Shown in pieces: positions 1 through 13,268 of a stretch of 64,000 nt of DNA. Below the pieces are notes generated by a model. The model was not told the DNA's origin, made no database searches, and saw only the letters and a list, made by a program, of their open reading frames with translations. The first letter of the stretch is position 1, and each line of letters opens with the position of its first letter. The translations under genes and the position numbers were made by a program. This DNA is from Octopus bimaculoides (lineage: Eukaryota). The DNA lies in the NCBI RefSeq assembly GCF_001194135.2, contig NC_068992.1, positions 29,612,446 through 29,676,445 of the forward strand, in the 5' to 3' direction.

Positions 1-367
1 CCCACCATTATTTAGAAGTTAGCAGAAATTAATTGTTGAATGTGCAAAAGAACATGTAAGTATACGTTTCGTTGCTAACGAAATAAAAGAAGGGTTGGCG
101 ATAAGACTTATACAAGAGAGATAATATCTCAGAGCGATGGGTCCCCAAAACGGTTTTGGTTCATTTCACTTAATTTCTATCATCATTACCTGATGGTGAA
201 ATGCACATGTCTTATAAAATTAATTCTAAATTTCAATGTAAATCTAAAATGATATGAATTTGTAATCAATAAGGAAATAAGTGCTAGAAGAAAGGCAAAC
301 CTTTGATGAGCAACACTGCATCAAATATTTATCTTCATTTGTAGTGTTGGAATTGTGTTTATGTAAG

Positions 368-747
368 TTGTTGGCACTCCGTCGCTTACGACGTCGAGGG
401 TTCCAGTTGATCCGATCAACAGAACAACCTGCTCGTGAAATTAACGTGCAAGTGGCTGAGCACTCCACAGACACATGTACCCTTAACGTAGTTCTCGGGG
501 ATATTCAGCGTGACACAGTATGACAAGGCTGACCCTTTGAGTTACAGGTACAACAGAAACAGGAAATAAGAGTGAGAGAAAGTTGTGGTGAAAGAGTACA
601 GCAGGGTTCGCGACTATCCCCTGCCGGAGCCTCGTGGAGCTTTAGGTGTTTTCGCTCAATAAACACTCACAACGCCCGGTCTGGGAATCGAAACCGCGAT
701 CCTATGACCGCGAGTCCGCTGCCCTAACAACTAGGCCATTGCGCCTC
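368..747 (-). mobile_element. Full-length tRNA-derived SINE (family A)
   Basis: Minus-strand head GAGGCGCAATGGCCTAGTTG...GGTTTCGATTCCC with A/B-box-like motifs and a short AAC tail. 12-bp TSD TGTTTA(T/C)GTAAG at 356-367 and 748-759. Near-identical to 46475-46865. Confidence 0.9.
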
Positions 748-1236
748 TGTTTACGTAAGTAATGACCACAAAATAGGCATGAATCCTGAAACAAAAATTT
801 AGATTTACTGACCTAACATCCTGTATTTATGCTTCTTATGTGAAATTATTAACAGTGAGTCTCTTACACCAATGTGGAACTGTACACTGTCTCTACCTGC
901 TTAAAGAATTTACTATATCGACTTCATGATTTACTGTCTTAAAAAGAAATACATTTCATAATGTAATCCTTGTACATAACGCATGAACATAAAAGCAGAC
1001 ATGAACAATATGACCCCCAGGTTCAGAGATTTGCTAGAATACAGCCGACGGAAAGAATATTAGGTGTATGACGGTGCATATTACAGATTCTTTTACACAA
1101 AAATATCGTCATATCGCTTCATAATTCCAGTTTTAATGATCGACTTTTACGATACCTAACCAACTATTATGCCAACGACGGTGCTTCTCGTCGATTGCTC
1201 AACCTGCTAATTTTAGTATCCATACATTTCATAAAT

Positions 1237-1282
1237 TACACACACACACACACACAGACACACACACACACAGAGACACACA

Positions 1283-1355
<73 letters not shown>

Positions 1356-1368
1356 ATATATATATATA
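1237..1368. repeat. Compound (CA)n(TA)n microsatellite
   Basis: Directly visible. Confidence 0.95.
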
Positions 1369-1799
1369 TTGTACGATGCGGTTCTAGATAAACGTGTTTG
1401 CATCAAAATGTCTAACATTATTTAACATTTCTAACATGCCAATTACTTCAGGTAAATTTAAATAACGGTTGCTACAACGCCTACACATTTGATGAGTTTT
1501 GGGATAGTATAACAGAATTCTAATAAAAAGAATACTGAATGCTGACATATACCCATCTATTGAAATATTTAACATGATTCTTTAAGAAAATTTTTCTCTT
1601 TTAAATTAATGCACATCTAGGTTTCTCAGTTTGAAGAGTTTTGCTGAATTGTCTCAAGCGCCCTGGCTGAATAGATTCTAAACAATAAATAATAATCAGA
1701 ACAACAACAACAACAACAACAACAATGATATTAATAACAATAATAATGATAATTATAATAATAATGATAATGACAATAATGATGATGATGATGATGATG

Positions 1800-2560
1800 T
1801 TTTATTTATTAATCAGTAAGTGTTCACAAATGTCTTTGAGGACGAAACAATACAACGTGGGTTTGCATAAAATGAAGCGTGTAAACAGTGAAAACGATAA
1901 GTAAATTGATTTTAACAATGAAAACTTCCGCAAAAGAGAGTCAGACTTCGTAGGACAACTCGTGGGAACCCTACAGAGACACGGGAAATTTGACTACTTG
2001 GGCATGTGTCCTCTCCACATCGTCCTACTTCAATGTACAGACTCCTGCTTAGAGTAGGCACGCTCACTCTGATCTTTCCACATATCCCCACTTGTTAATA
2101 AAATTGCTTGGAGGCAGCACTTCTCAAATCTTCCTTTTCAAGTGAAACTTCAAAAGGTTGATGTGGGCTTCGTTAAAAAGGAAAATATCTGTCTTCAGCA
2201 CTCTCAAACTTTTTTGCTAAGGTTACCAAAGAAACACAACCTGCGCTTCCCGGCAAAATGAAGGCGGTGGTACGATCTTTACAATGGATTCAGCTGATAA
2301 TTAGACCTGTCTTTCACGTAATATCAGGTGTTCAATATGAACTCACAATTCAGCAATCCTCGGGCACTGGACGAGAGCGTGCAGAACAGTTTCGTCTCTG
2401 TGTGTGCACCAAGTGGAAATCCGGATGATGGCACTTCCATACTCGTAGTGTTTATTCCGAACAGGCAATGCCCTCCCCGGCAACATTATCAATGGGTCTC
2501 GGACTGAAAGTCCTCCTGAACAGACCAGCCAGTTGATTCTCGACGCTCACATTTCGTTTA
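1800..2560 (-). mobile_element. Tx1/L1-type LINE 3' fragment (zf-RVT region, 3' UTR, AATAAA, trinucleotide tail at about 1690-1800)
   Basis: Minus translation gives LFRRTF...LPVRNKH...DETVLHALVQCPRIAEL...SAESIVKIVPPPSF, homologous to the plus-strand copy at 52520-53460. Confidence 0.7.
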
Positions 2561-2564
2561 GGCG

Positions 2565-2815
2565 ACATCATTGATCCTAGCACTCAACTGGTACTTATGT
2601 TATTGACCCCAAATGGATGAAATGTAAAGTCGACCATGGCAGAATTTTAAATCTGAAAGTAAATATGGAGGAAATGTTGCTAAACATTTTGCCCAGCCTG
2701 CTAAAAGTTCTTTCAGCTCGGCAATGATACTGATGGTTCCAAATTTTGGCACTAGGCCAGTGATTTCTGAGAAGTGGGGAAGTCGATTCCATCGACTTCA
2801 ATGCTCAGTAACAAT
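2565..2815 (-). mobile_element. Two degraded family-B SINE fragments
   Basis: Reverse complement of the family-B core (CTTT.CATTTCATCCATTTGGGGTCAATAACATAAGTACCAG) plus a second tail segment. Confidence 0.65.
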
Positions 2816-5557
2816 ACCTAAGTAAATATTAAGGTCAAGTCTTTATATAAAATGATAAACAAATATCAAGTTTGAAATAGTTCTGAAAGACCAACTACTT
2901 AAGTTATCCGATAAGTTATTTTGTTGTTTGATTCTACCTTTGCGAGATCTTTGGAATTTTTCGACCGTAAAATTGACAGTGTTGTGTATTTGAAAAGAGA
3001 TTTCTTTTATTGTTTTACTCCAGAGCTGTATGGTTGGAGAATAATAGATTCATCAGATTAAGTTACTTAAGATATAGTTAATGTGTATTTTCTTTACTGG
3101 TTACAAAGACTTTACAACAATACAGTCATTTTAGTCACAACATACAATCGCGGATATAATCACTTTCCAAACAAGTATACCTGCAGAACACACATAGATA
3201 TTCTTAAACAAATAATACTCACAACCGTTCTTTTTTACTGTGTTATCTGCAAAAGATAAAATGATAAAATACATTGTTAGAACAATGATTTCACTCAACT
3301 TTCATCAACAGGAATATAAAGGAATAAGAAATAAAATTATATTTATTATGCCACTAGAAAATTGAGGAAATTTTGTAGCGCAGCAATAAATGAAAAGCAT
3401 TATATGAAGCACCATATGTTGGAAACATTTAAAGCATCTTGATTAAGAACCAGAGAAATGAACGGTATAAATGTCTCAAAAGATGGAAGCAAGTCAGCAT
3501 TAGTTTTAACAAGATTCCCTTTAAGTAGTGTCTCAAATGTCACGAAGGGGTTGACATAGTAATAACCTTTAGTCAAACTAATCTAACCATACAGAAATAT
3601 ATTTTTAGCTGTTCGATGACTTTAGGGACACTGTACAATATAACTCGCTTAGAAATGACTGCAAACATTAATCTATCTCTTGATATTTATATCAATAATT
3701 TGAGAAATCTTCTCCGGTTCGTAATCAAAATGACAGTCTTTATAGATTTGAATCTTAGTTTAATGTCACATAACAAGTAAGATTATACGAATAGGATATT
3801 TTAATGGCTAAAGCTTTTTAAAGTCATTCTAGGGTCAACTCCTTTCATATTGAATCTACTGACAAAGTTAGATTTCACCTTCATAGCTGAACTTCCTTTA
3901 CTGATCCTCAATATATTAGTAATTAAATGCTATCAATGTACTTTCGCCTCTTTAATTTACGGATGAGGATTACCACTTCAAATGTATGATAGTAGATATT
4001 AATATTCTACGGATTTTGGTTTACACAGTAATTCTATTTACTAACAGATACATATTTATCTACAGAATGATGAAAAACAAACTGTTGGTCAAGAGGTTAG
4101 ATTTTCTTACAAGAATATTATATGTTATTTATTCAGAAACGTTAACTTGCAATTTTGTGGTTCAAATCCAACATGTACACGCAACACATTTATTACTATG
4201 ATATCAACGTTATAATTATAAGATTCATTAAAGTTGATTAAGCATGGGGTATACAGATGAGAGATTTTGCTGTTCAGGTCATGGCTTCTTGTAATCTTAT
4301 TGAATAATGTCAGAGTAGATTTCAGTAGGTTCCCTATGACGGAAAGCATTCCACCCATTGTTAATATAATGAAAGAGGGATAATTTGCGGATCAATGCAC
4401 TAATCCTACTTAGTAATTAAAATCTGGATAGTTAAGACAAATAAAGTTTATAACTTTATTGATAACGAAAAGTTAGTTAATTCATGAGGTGAGGCAGTTC
4501 AAACAGTGGAGAGAAACCCAATGACAGTCTTTTCATTTATCAGAGATCTCATAATCTATTACGCTGTGATACACGGTTAACGAAATATTTGCGTATAGTA
4601 CATCTTAGGCAGGCCCATTTACCTCAGCAAAACCTTCGGAAGTTACTGAAACCAGTATTGTGACAATACACATCGATTCCATAATCATTAGTTTGCGTAA
4701 TTAAATCAGTGTTTATTCACACATACGGGGTTATAAGGCATTAAAGTGTGTTTTGGATTTAAATGCATTGCAAGACAAGCAACGAGTACGAAGCAGAAAC
4801 CATTCAACACGATCATGCACGAACTCTCCTTGGTTATAATACTAGTTTAGACACATAGGTGAAAGAGATTAAATGTACACAAAAGTTTCACAAGTAAATA
4901 ATGGGAAGCTGGAAAACATCTCAAGGCAATATTTAACCCTCATGAGTTAGTGCTATAAATTTAATACGAAAGAGATTAGGAACAAATTAATTAAACATTA
5001 TTTTATTTTATTTTTTACAGCTTCCTCAATTGGGCCGTAGTTAACGTGGAACATCACCTTATAAAGTATAGACACTTTCAATCTGCCTAGTAGGTATGTA
5101 ATCGAATAGGAAGGTTGGAGTGCAAAATGGATCTAGGTAGATATACGTAGACGCAGGCATACACCCACACAGGCATAAACAAACACATACAAAATACACT
5201 AGGCCTGCCATGTAAACAGACCTTGTAAATTCGACATGGCTTTCTTTTTATTTCATTTAATATAATTTTTATCTTCGATAAAGTGTATAACCCGAAACAA
5301 AAGAATTTCTAATATGTCTTTCATCTATGCATTTATTTTCATTGTACACATTCCCGTACTGCTGTTCTTTCATTTCGTATTTCCATACCATATTCGGCTT
5401 TCTGACTTACCATTAAAATTGTCAGAATCGTGTAACTTACGGTTTTAAATGTATGTGTTTTGACGACTCTTCATCGCATAACCGTACTAGTTGTATTGGG
5501 ATTATTGTAATCTACTATATGTTTGTGTGTGTGTGTGTGTGTATGTGTGTTTGTGTT

Positions 5558-5602
<45 letters not shown>

Positions 5603-6994
5603 GGGATAAAGATTTTCTGTCTGTGTGTGCACGATGTGTTTTCACATAGTTTCTGGAAGATTCCACACAGCTTCTCAACCTTCTAAGAATAGCAGCCAAT
5701 CAGTCTGAGGACGCATACTGCGGTTTCAAAAATGGACGAAAAAGCATAGTGGAAAATATAAGCCTAGATACTCCTTAAAAGAAGGGATACTCACAGGAAG
5801 TATGACTTCAGCTATATATTTACCCATTCAGAATTCGCTTGGAGATAAACGACCAACAATGAAAAGTTTCAGTTAGAAAGACTTCGTTCATTCCAGGTTT
5901 CGGAAAATATATTTGCACAACTAGCCACAAAGTAGGACCGAACTGCAATCCAAATGATTGCCAAATAAACTCCTTAATCACAATGCAATTAAAAAAAAGC
6001 AAGAGTCATGTAATAATATCCACGTTGGATATTATTGATATTTAATGTATTCAGACTATGAATGTGGTCACACAAAGAAGATTGGTTCATCGACATGGTG
6101 AAATAGAATATTATTTAAGAACATGGGGGGTAACGTCAGATAAATATTGTCTTTCATTGAGGTAAAATTTAAAACTGTTAACGGCATAATAAACCAGTAT
6201 ATATGATAGATTGCGCGACTACAGTTGCAAATAAATTCATATTACTAAAATATAAAAAGAAATATTTAAAATATTAAATGGAAATATGGTTTATTCTTCC
6301 TATTGAGAAATATAAATATTGAGAGAAACGCAATTTCACTAAAAGTGTAATGGTCTAACAAACTAAAATGAAAAACATATCTCTAAATTTTAATATTATT
6401 TTTTTTACTGATTTATACTGTCTAGACATTCTTTTTAATTACATATGGCATAATTAATAGGCTGCCAGTCACTTGGCTTCGATTATTTCTATTACACTTA
6501 ATGTCACAATTACACGCATGCGAAATAGTTTTAATTTAAAATCTTTACAGACTGCTGTGAGCACGAGAACAACTTGAATGAATAACTTCTCAATAAATAG
6601 TTCAATACATATTTAAATAATTACATATATAAACATCGCTAAACAAAGTCCGCATCGTAATTCGCAATGGAATCTGCACACGCAATGTACTACTGGATAA
6701 AGGGACTCTTACAATTCTTTATAATTACAAAGATTTCCACAATTCTTTTAGTTTTGTGCAGAGTAAATTATTGATGAGTTTTAAGATATCCATATAAAGT
6801 ATGCCAAGAGAAACACACATACGTAATTAAATACAAGCACATACACACAGTCAAGCACATATAAACACATGTACATACACACATACTCACATCCCTCTCT
6901 CCCTCACACACACTCGCATATGTATGTGTGCGCGTGGGTGTTTGTGCATGTGTATGTGTGTTTCTTTGTGTATGTGGGTATGTGTTTGTGAGTG

Positions 6995-7028
<34 letters not shown>

Positions 7029-7202
7029 NNNNNNNNNNTCCTCTCTTTCTCTCTACGTCTATATATATATATATATATGTATATATATGTATATAAGTAT
7101 ATATGTATATATATACATATATATGTATATATATTGATACATACATACACACACACACGCAAACACATACACACACACACATATATATATATGTATGTGT
7201 GT

Positions 7203-7247
<45 letters not shown>

Positions 7248-7317
7248 TAGTTACATTCTGAAATATCACATTGTTACAAGTTTATGTCACCATTAATCAT
7301 GCAACTGGAGTAGTTTC

Positions 7318-7847
7318 GGCACCGTCATGCTATTAGCTGTCAGAAGTGAAAGTGCTCACTGCTAGTGAAGTATCTGTCTGTCTGCCTGCATGCCTGTTGC
7401 TTCCCTGTCGATTCTTTGGCTACTGACAGCTAATACCATGACTGGCCGGAGCGAGCTATCTGTCTAGCAGAGTGGTCCCGAACGCGCAGTCGCGCGTCCG
7501 CGCTAGCTAGTCGTGAGTGGTCGATCCTATTATTTTGAAACTTCAAGCTTCATTTGTTTTCTATTTTGATAAATTCTCTCTGTTGAAAATTATCTTTTTA
7601 TATTTTAAATAATTTGCAATTTCAGGAAATATGTTTTTATATTAAATTTGTGTTTTCTAATAAGGTGGACGAGTGATTGATAGATAGATAGATAGATAGA
7701 TATCAGTAAGTAAGTAAGGCAAAGTATCAACTCAAACCAGCAGGCAGACAGACAGACGGACACAGCAACAGGCATGCAGGCAGACAGACAGATACTTCAC
7801 TAGCAGTGAGCACTTTCACTTCTGACAGCTAATAGCATGACAGTGCC
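7318..7847. mobile_element. Non-autonomous TIR DNA transposon (MITE), 530 bp, Merlin-like termini
   Basis: 83-bp TIRs at 7318-7400 and 7765-7847 with 1 mismatch. Termini GGCAC...GTGCC. 8-bp direct repeat GTAGTTTC at 7310-7317 and 7848-7855. No ORF. Superfamily inferred from GG ends plus 8-bp TSD. Confidence 0.9.
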
Positions 7848-8689
7848 GTAGTTTCCAATGAGGGCAGAATTTACAGACAGAGTTTTAGGTTAAAAATAAT
7901 GAAATAAACCTAATTAAAAATGGAAAATTGCACTTTAGAATAAAGTCTGCTCAAATGTAAAATAAAATACATAAGATGTAGATGTCTGTATAACATAAGA
8001 TAAAAATATATGTAGGAAGCATAGATACAAAAGCATTTATGGAGTCACAAAGAGATATTTCAAACACACATAGTTAAACATACAGTCGTACATACGCATT
8101 CAGGTACATAGAAAAAATGATCTATATATAAATGTCTGTTATACATATATCAATGCACAAATGTACATAGTCACACATATTTAATAAGTATAGTTACACT
8201 TGTCTTTTTAATATACTTTCTTGGAAACATGCTACTGAGTAAGGTAAAATAAACTATTACAATGTAGAAATCACACAAAATGTCTCTCATATACAGATGG
8301 ATATTAATGTGTACCAGCGAGGTCGATCAACCTCCAACAAATGTCTTCCAAATCACTCATACTGCCTTTAAAAATCGATGGTCCTTATTGGATTATGTTG
8401 TAGCATAGAAAAGATACCTGAATAAAGGTTACGAATAAATAGCCTTTGATCAAAGCATTCCTTTATTATGGTTGATCTGAGAAAAATTGACATCTTACTT
8501 ACTGCAAAAACAACTAAAACCAGTCATTCATAGAGACATATAGATTTACATACAGATGTTGACAAACATTAGGCATACACAATATAAACACATGTAGATA
8601 AACGCATGATGTAAGCGAAAACCTGGTTATAATTTTTTTTTAGATAAAAGGGAATCGAGAAGTGATGCATGAAATTATGAGTAAGATTG

Positions 8690-8830
8690 CAACTGAAGAA
8701 GGAGGAGGAGAAGGAGGAGAAGAAAAAGAAAAAGAAGAATAAGAAAAAGAAGAACATGATGAAGATGATGATGATGATGATGACGACGACGACGACGATG
8801 AAGATGATATAAAAGAAAAGAAGAAGAAAA
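8690..8830. repeat. Mixed GAA/GGA/GAT/GAC trinucleotide tract
   Basis: Directly visible; explains the low-complexity ORFs 8569-9006 and 8675-8863. Confidence 0.9.
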
Positions 8831-10805
8831 TGAGAGAATAATATGCGAGTTATTACGATACAATAATAGGCATACAGGCTTTCTAACGTGCTAGCGGAGG
8901 AGGAAAACTGAGTGAAAGCATTCAAACGATAGAAGTGATGAAGTGTGAGGGAGAGGAAGGGAAAACTATAAACCGATTTTTCGTAAAGAAATATCCGGGT
9001 TCTCAAGGAAATTTCAAAGAGCTTGGGATTTCAAAAATATTTCAAAGACAGTTTAAATCTTCGTAGAGGATTTTCGCATTATCAAAAGATTTTATAAACC
9101 AACCTGTGGCAAGTATAAAATTTCTCATGATAACATTTATATGTTTGTAACTGTACGCGTGTGTATGTTACATGTTTATTGCATTAAGAGAAGATCCACC
9201 ATTAAAGGTATTGATACAGGACTGAATGATATTTTGCACTGACAGGTGTATGCATACTTAGATTTGACTTACCATACCAGTCCGTACAAATATTTCTTAC
9301 CGATACCCGTTTGAGTGTCATTTCAAATGTATCCTAAATGGACTGATCAGTCATATTACCAAGAGGTATTATATCCGGCCCGTTCCTTCTTAACGATATA
9401 AAGCAGGGCTTTTCCCATTGCACACATTTTGTTTAACATAAATTTTTTTTCTGAAATATTCCACGCCATAAAGCACTGGTAACACGTTTAAGCACTGTAC
9501 AAAATGTCATGATCGATGAGGAAGTTTCGACTAAGCCAATGGCTTATTTGAACATTTGCAGTATCGCTTGTGTTTAGAAAGAAATTGTCGTCTGGGCACT
9601 AAAACGAAAGTGTCACACTGTGGCTCTCCTTTATGATTGAGAGTCGCAGATCCCATGCCACTCCCATTTGTGGAACGGAAACAGTTTTAAATACACTGTT
9701 CCAAGAGGAAAATGCAGTTTATTGGGAAGGATAAAATATCAACACAGAGATCCTGCGACGATGCAACACTACGCGTATTGAATTCATCATAATCGAAGAA
9801 CAACTGCTTTGGCCTGGAAATTGTGTCACAAATTGTTCCAAATAAATCAGCAGAACTCGTCGTCAATGCCACTCTAAAGTTTGTAAAGTCTACCTAACAA
9901 TATGGAAAACATGAGCCGTCAACCAGTCACATATATGGAAGATATGCTACGATGTAACCCCGTGCTTAGTGAAGCATGCAGCAGCGCAAATATTAGCCCA
10001 CTGTAAAGAGCGTCACGCCTCCTGAAGCAAGCAGCCTATACCGTCATCTTACGCATGCACTGAGCATGAGTACATTTCTCTGAGTGCTCAATGTACTGTG
10101 GAGTTATCTCAAATCTAGGCATTACCATAGCATGTATTTTTAATGGATTCAATGCATATACAGATACAGTGCATTAGATTAGATGATTTGGAATGAATTA
10201 TCAGTCATGTTTATTGGTTAGTTCATGATTCAAAAAATTCTTAAGAGTTAGTTAAATGTAAAATATATTTTCATTGGTGCAAAACCTGTCATCAAACTTC
10301 TTGTAGTTTGAGGAAACTCGTCCTTTGTTCAAATGGAGTAAATTTCTATTTGAAGTCACCGATTCTACGAGATTCTGTTGCACGTTCAGTAAACATGTAA
10401 AACACCTCTCGCTGATTTATACAAGTTAATTTTTTTTTAGTGCAGTATAGAATTATATACTTTTCTTGCTTTCTTCAGAAAATGCAGCTTTTATTTTTAT
10501 CTCTATTTGCACCCCATTCAAGACTTATCCTGCAGGCTCAGCGTCTTATTATTTTTTTTTCCTGTTTTGCCAAAACAAACCGTTTTAATTTCGTTAGATA
10601 AGGGATTGCCTTTTACATACAGAAATCCACGAAAAATAATTTGTTGAAGTTTCACCGAGGATCAGACTAAACTCTGAGATCCATATTATTAAAAGCAATT
10701 GCAACTGTGCCTTTTCCATTATTTTTTTGCTTCAGGAAATATATAAATGCTACGTTGTTCAAAGTGTTCCTCCATTCTTTTAGAAGAGAATAGGTTGTGA
10801 TTTTC

Positions 10806-10845
10806 TAATCGCTCGCCCCGCTGGGAATAGCGGGGTGAGCGATTA
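10806..10845. other. GC-rich 17-bp-stem hairpin
   Basis: TAATCGCTCGCCCCGCT-GGGAAT-AGCGGGGTGAGCGATTA; 16 Watson-Crick pairs plus one G-T. Confidence 0.85.
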
Positions 10846-11689
10846 TATTTATCAGGGAGAGGCTTGAAGTATCGTGTTTAATTGAGAATTTTTATAGGTA
10901 TCATTCATTGGTATTAAGCAATTTTTGGGTATTTAACACCAGGGTGAATTTTTCTATGAGTTATCGATTATGGTGTGTGCATCATGATATCACGGCACTT
11001 GAATAATAATCTACAGTATTTAACTGAGAGCATTTATCTTGGAAATACTTCGGGATTTTCAGCATTAACCTATACTTTCATTGCATGAAGTATCATATTA
11101 CTGTGTAATTTATTTCTACCGTGCTTATAAAGCAACTCCTCAGACTAGTTGTATTCTGAACATAGATGTAACACGTAATCGGTTACATGTAGAAGAAAAG
11201 CTATAGAAACAAATCATATTTACACTTGATTGTATTGGGATTAGAAACACAAAAGAATAATCTAACCGATGTATAATCAATAAATTGTAAGCTGAACGAA
11301 ACCAGTAGGGATTTGCATATTCTGACATCGTATATAAGTTTCTCTGGTATGTGTGCTATTTCAAAACTGATATATCTCTTAACAAAAATAAACTATTTGA
11401 AGAAACATACTACTCTACATTCTAAAATTAACATACAAATAATGTGAAGTTATTATTTTTCGAATAAAATACAAAAAAAAACCTTCTTAATTTCAACTAT
11501 TACGTATGGACGAAAAATGAAAAATGAAAAAGACAAAAAGCAAAGGAAACAAAACCCGAATTACTAACTGGAAATTTCAAGTAATATATGCCAAACGTCT
11601 TGAATTTAATTAGAACAAACAAGATTGGAGGAGTCTCCTTATCCCAAAGAAATTAATTCACTGAATGCAAAAAATAAAAAGTAGCTGAT

Positions 11690-12010
11690 TTTGAAATCGG
11701 GACGATAGTAACTTTGATAATGACTAGCAAATACAGTTTTAAAAGTTCTCATGAGTTTCTTTTTGTGTTATAGAAAATTCGAAAGGCAATCTTATTATTT
11801 CTGAGTAGAAGGACGTTTTACGTACGCAATCAATAAGACTTATATTAAAACCAGTACGTTTTGATGAGATATTGATCTGCAGAAAGTGAAAGAGCGCAAC
11901 ATAACAAAAAACTATTTAGATTTGCAACAAAATAAGTAGACGAATAAAAGAATGTAATCAAGACTCAACTAGACAGAAGGGATTTATTTGAAACCGGAAA
12001 AAGTATTGCA
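11690..12010 (+). mobile_element. Possible highly decayed integrase-type transposase remnant (KRBA2/SCAND3-like C-terminus)
   Basis: Broken frames give DFEIGTIVTL, FYVRNQ*DL and DIDLQKVKE, resembling recalled motifs EIGTNV and YSRNQFDLC; many stops. Confidence 0.22.
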
Positions 12011-12621
12011 AGGGGATTATATGGTTTAAGAATTGAAGATAATGGGCAGGCATACGAAAAGTATGCTGAAAAGCTTATGTCAATATAAAACTATACGATC
12101 CTTTGAAAAAAAAAAATCAATTTGGAGAAAAGAAATCTCATATTTGTTATTTTTTTTATAATTTGTTAGAGCAAGTTAAGTATTTTTTGTTTTAATAGTT
12201 TCTAAAACATAAAACAACTCATGTCGTTACAAGTGATATTTAAGAAATATATACTTTAAATAAAAACAGATTACTCTACTTTCCTAGTGCACATGATTGT
12301 ATGTAAGAGTACTCCAATTGTTATAAAAAAATTCTCATTAATAATAATAATGATTGTAACGATTATTTATCGTAAGGTATGAGAATTATTTCATATAAAA
12401 TTTCTGGTTTCATACTTTCTTCAGGTATCAAAGAGCAACCTATTGTACCGTGTCTCACAAAAACGAATGAGATATCGATCTATACTTTCTGCAAACTGGA
12501 TTCTTCGCGTCACACTTCTGAGACAAAAATTATATTTTATGAAAGGCATCGATGGTACACATTCCTACTTTGTTATGCGAGTTCATACATATGTCAATAT
12601 GTATGTGGGCGCTCATGTATA

Positions 12622-12673
<52 letters not shown>

Positions 12674-12859
12674 TATGCACTTTTGTTTAGGTCTTCTGTC
12701 TTTTTCCATTCTCTCCTGTAGATCTTTAAAAAAATATCATCGTTATTTAAAGTTTTTCCACTGTCAGTACTTCAAATATATTTATCCATTGGTACTAGTA
12801 AATACTCATTTCTCTCCAATGAAAATTCCTGCCCAAGATGTTATGTGACGGAATTGAGG

Positions 12860-13080
12860 GATAATTGCTGGACTGCAGACAGAGAACGTCATTCACCCAA
12901 CAAAATATTGATTTTCCTACGATGAAATTTATCTACCTTTTGCGTGATACTGTATGTTGTTGGTATTTAGAAAGGGTAATCTCTCTTACTAGGTTTCCAT
13001 ATTGGCAAAATATGATTTCGATAATCTGCTGTTCTCTGAGAAAGAAGGTTCTGCGTTTACTTGTTGAACAACCTGCTCAA
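12860..13080 (+). mobile_element. Possible mariner transposase HTH remnant
   Basis: RQRTSFTQQNID...IICCSLRKKVLRLLV resembles GRPRTSxTEENID...ILHxxLxxKKVxARWV; weak. Confidence 0.3.
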
Positions 13081-13139
13081 AACTGATATGTTTATAGTGA
13101 TTATATGCATGTGCTGTGCATTATGTTCGTTTCACCAAC

Positions 13140-13268
13140 AAATCGACGTGTGTGCCACACGTTAGGTGCCGAAGAAATTACAGAGCAGCACTCCAGGAAT
13201 TGACACCACGATCACGCAATCAGGGCTGCGTCTCCTAAACCACTAGGACATGCGCTCTCATGCGAACT
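13140..13268 (-). mobile_element. Family-A-like SINE head fragment
   Basis: Minus strand GAGAGCGCATGTCCTAGTGGTTTAGG...GGTGTCAATTCC. Confidence 0.55.

Noticed and set aside
244-523. ORFs MSVECSATCTLISRAGC... recurring at 46372-46590
   Set aside because: Recurrence reflects two copies of the same SINE, not a conserved peptide
690-747. tRNA-like sequence (also 46800-46865 and 40640-40709)
   Set aside because: SINE heads continuing into SINE bodies with TSDs; no complete cloverleaf or Pol III terminator
9560-10110. Relatively GC-rich unique block that might be a conserved non-coding element
   Set aside because: No splice-bounded frame, repeat match or structure; conservation cannot be judged without alignments
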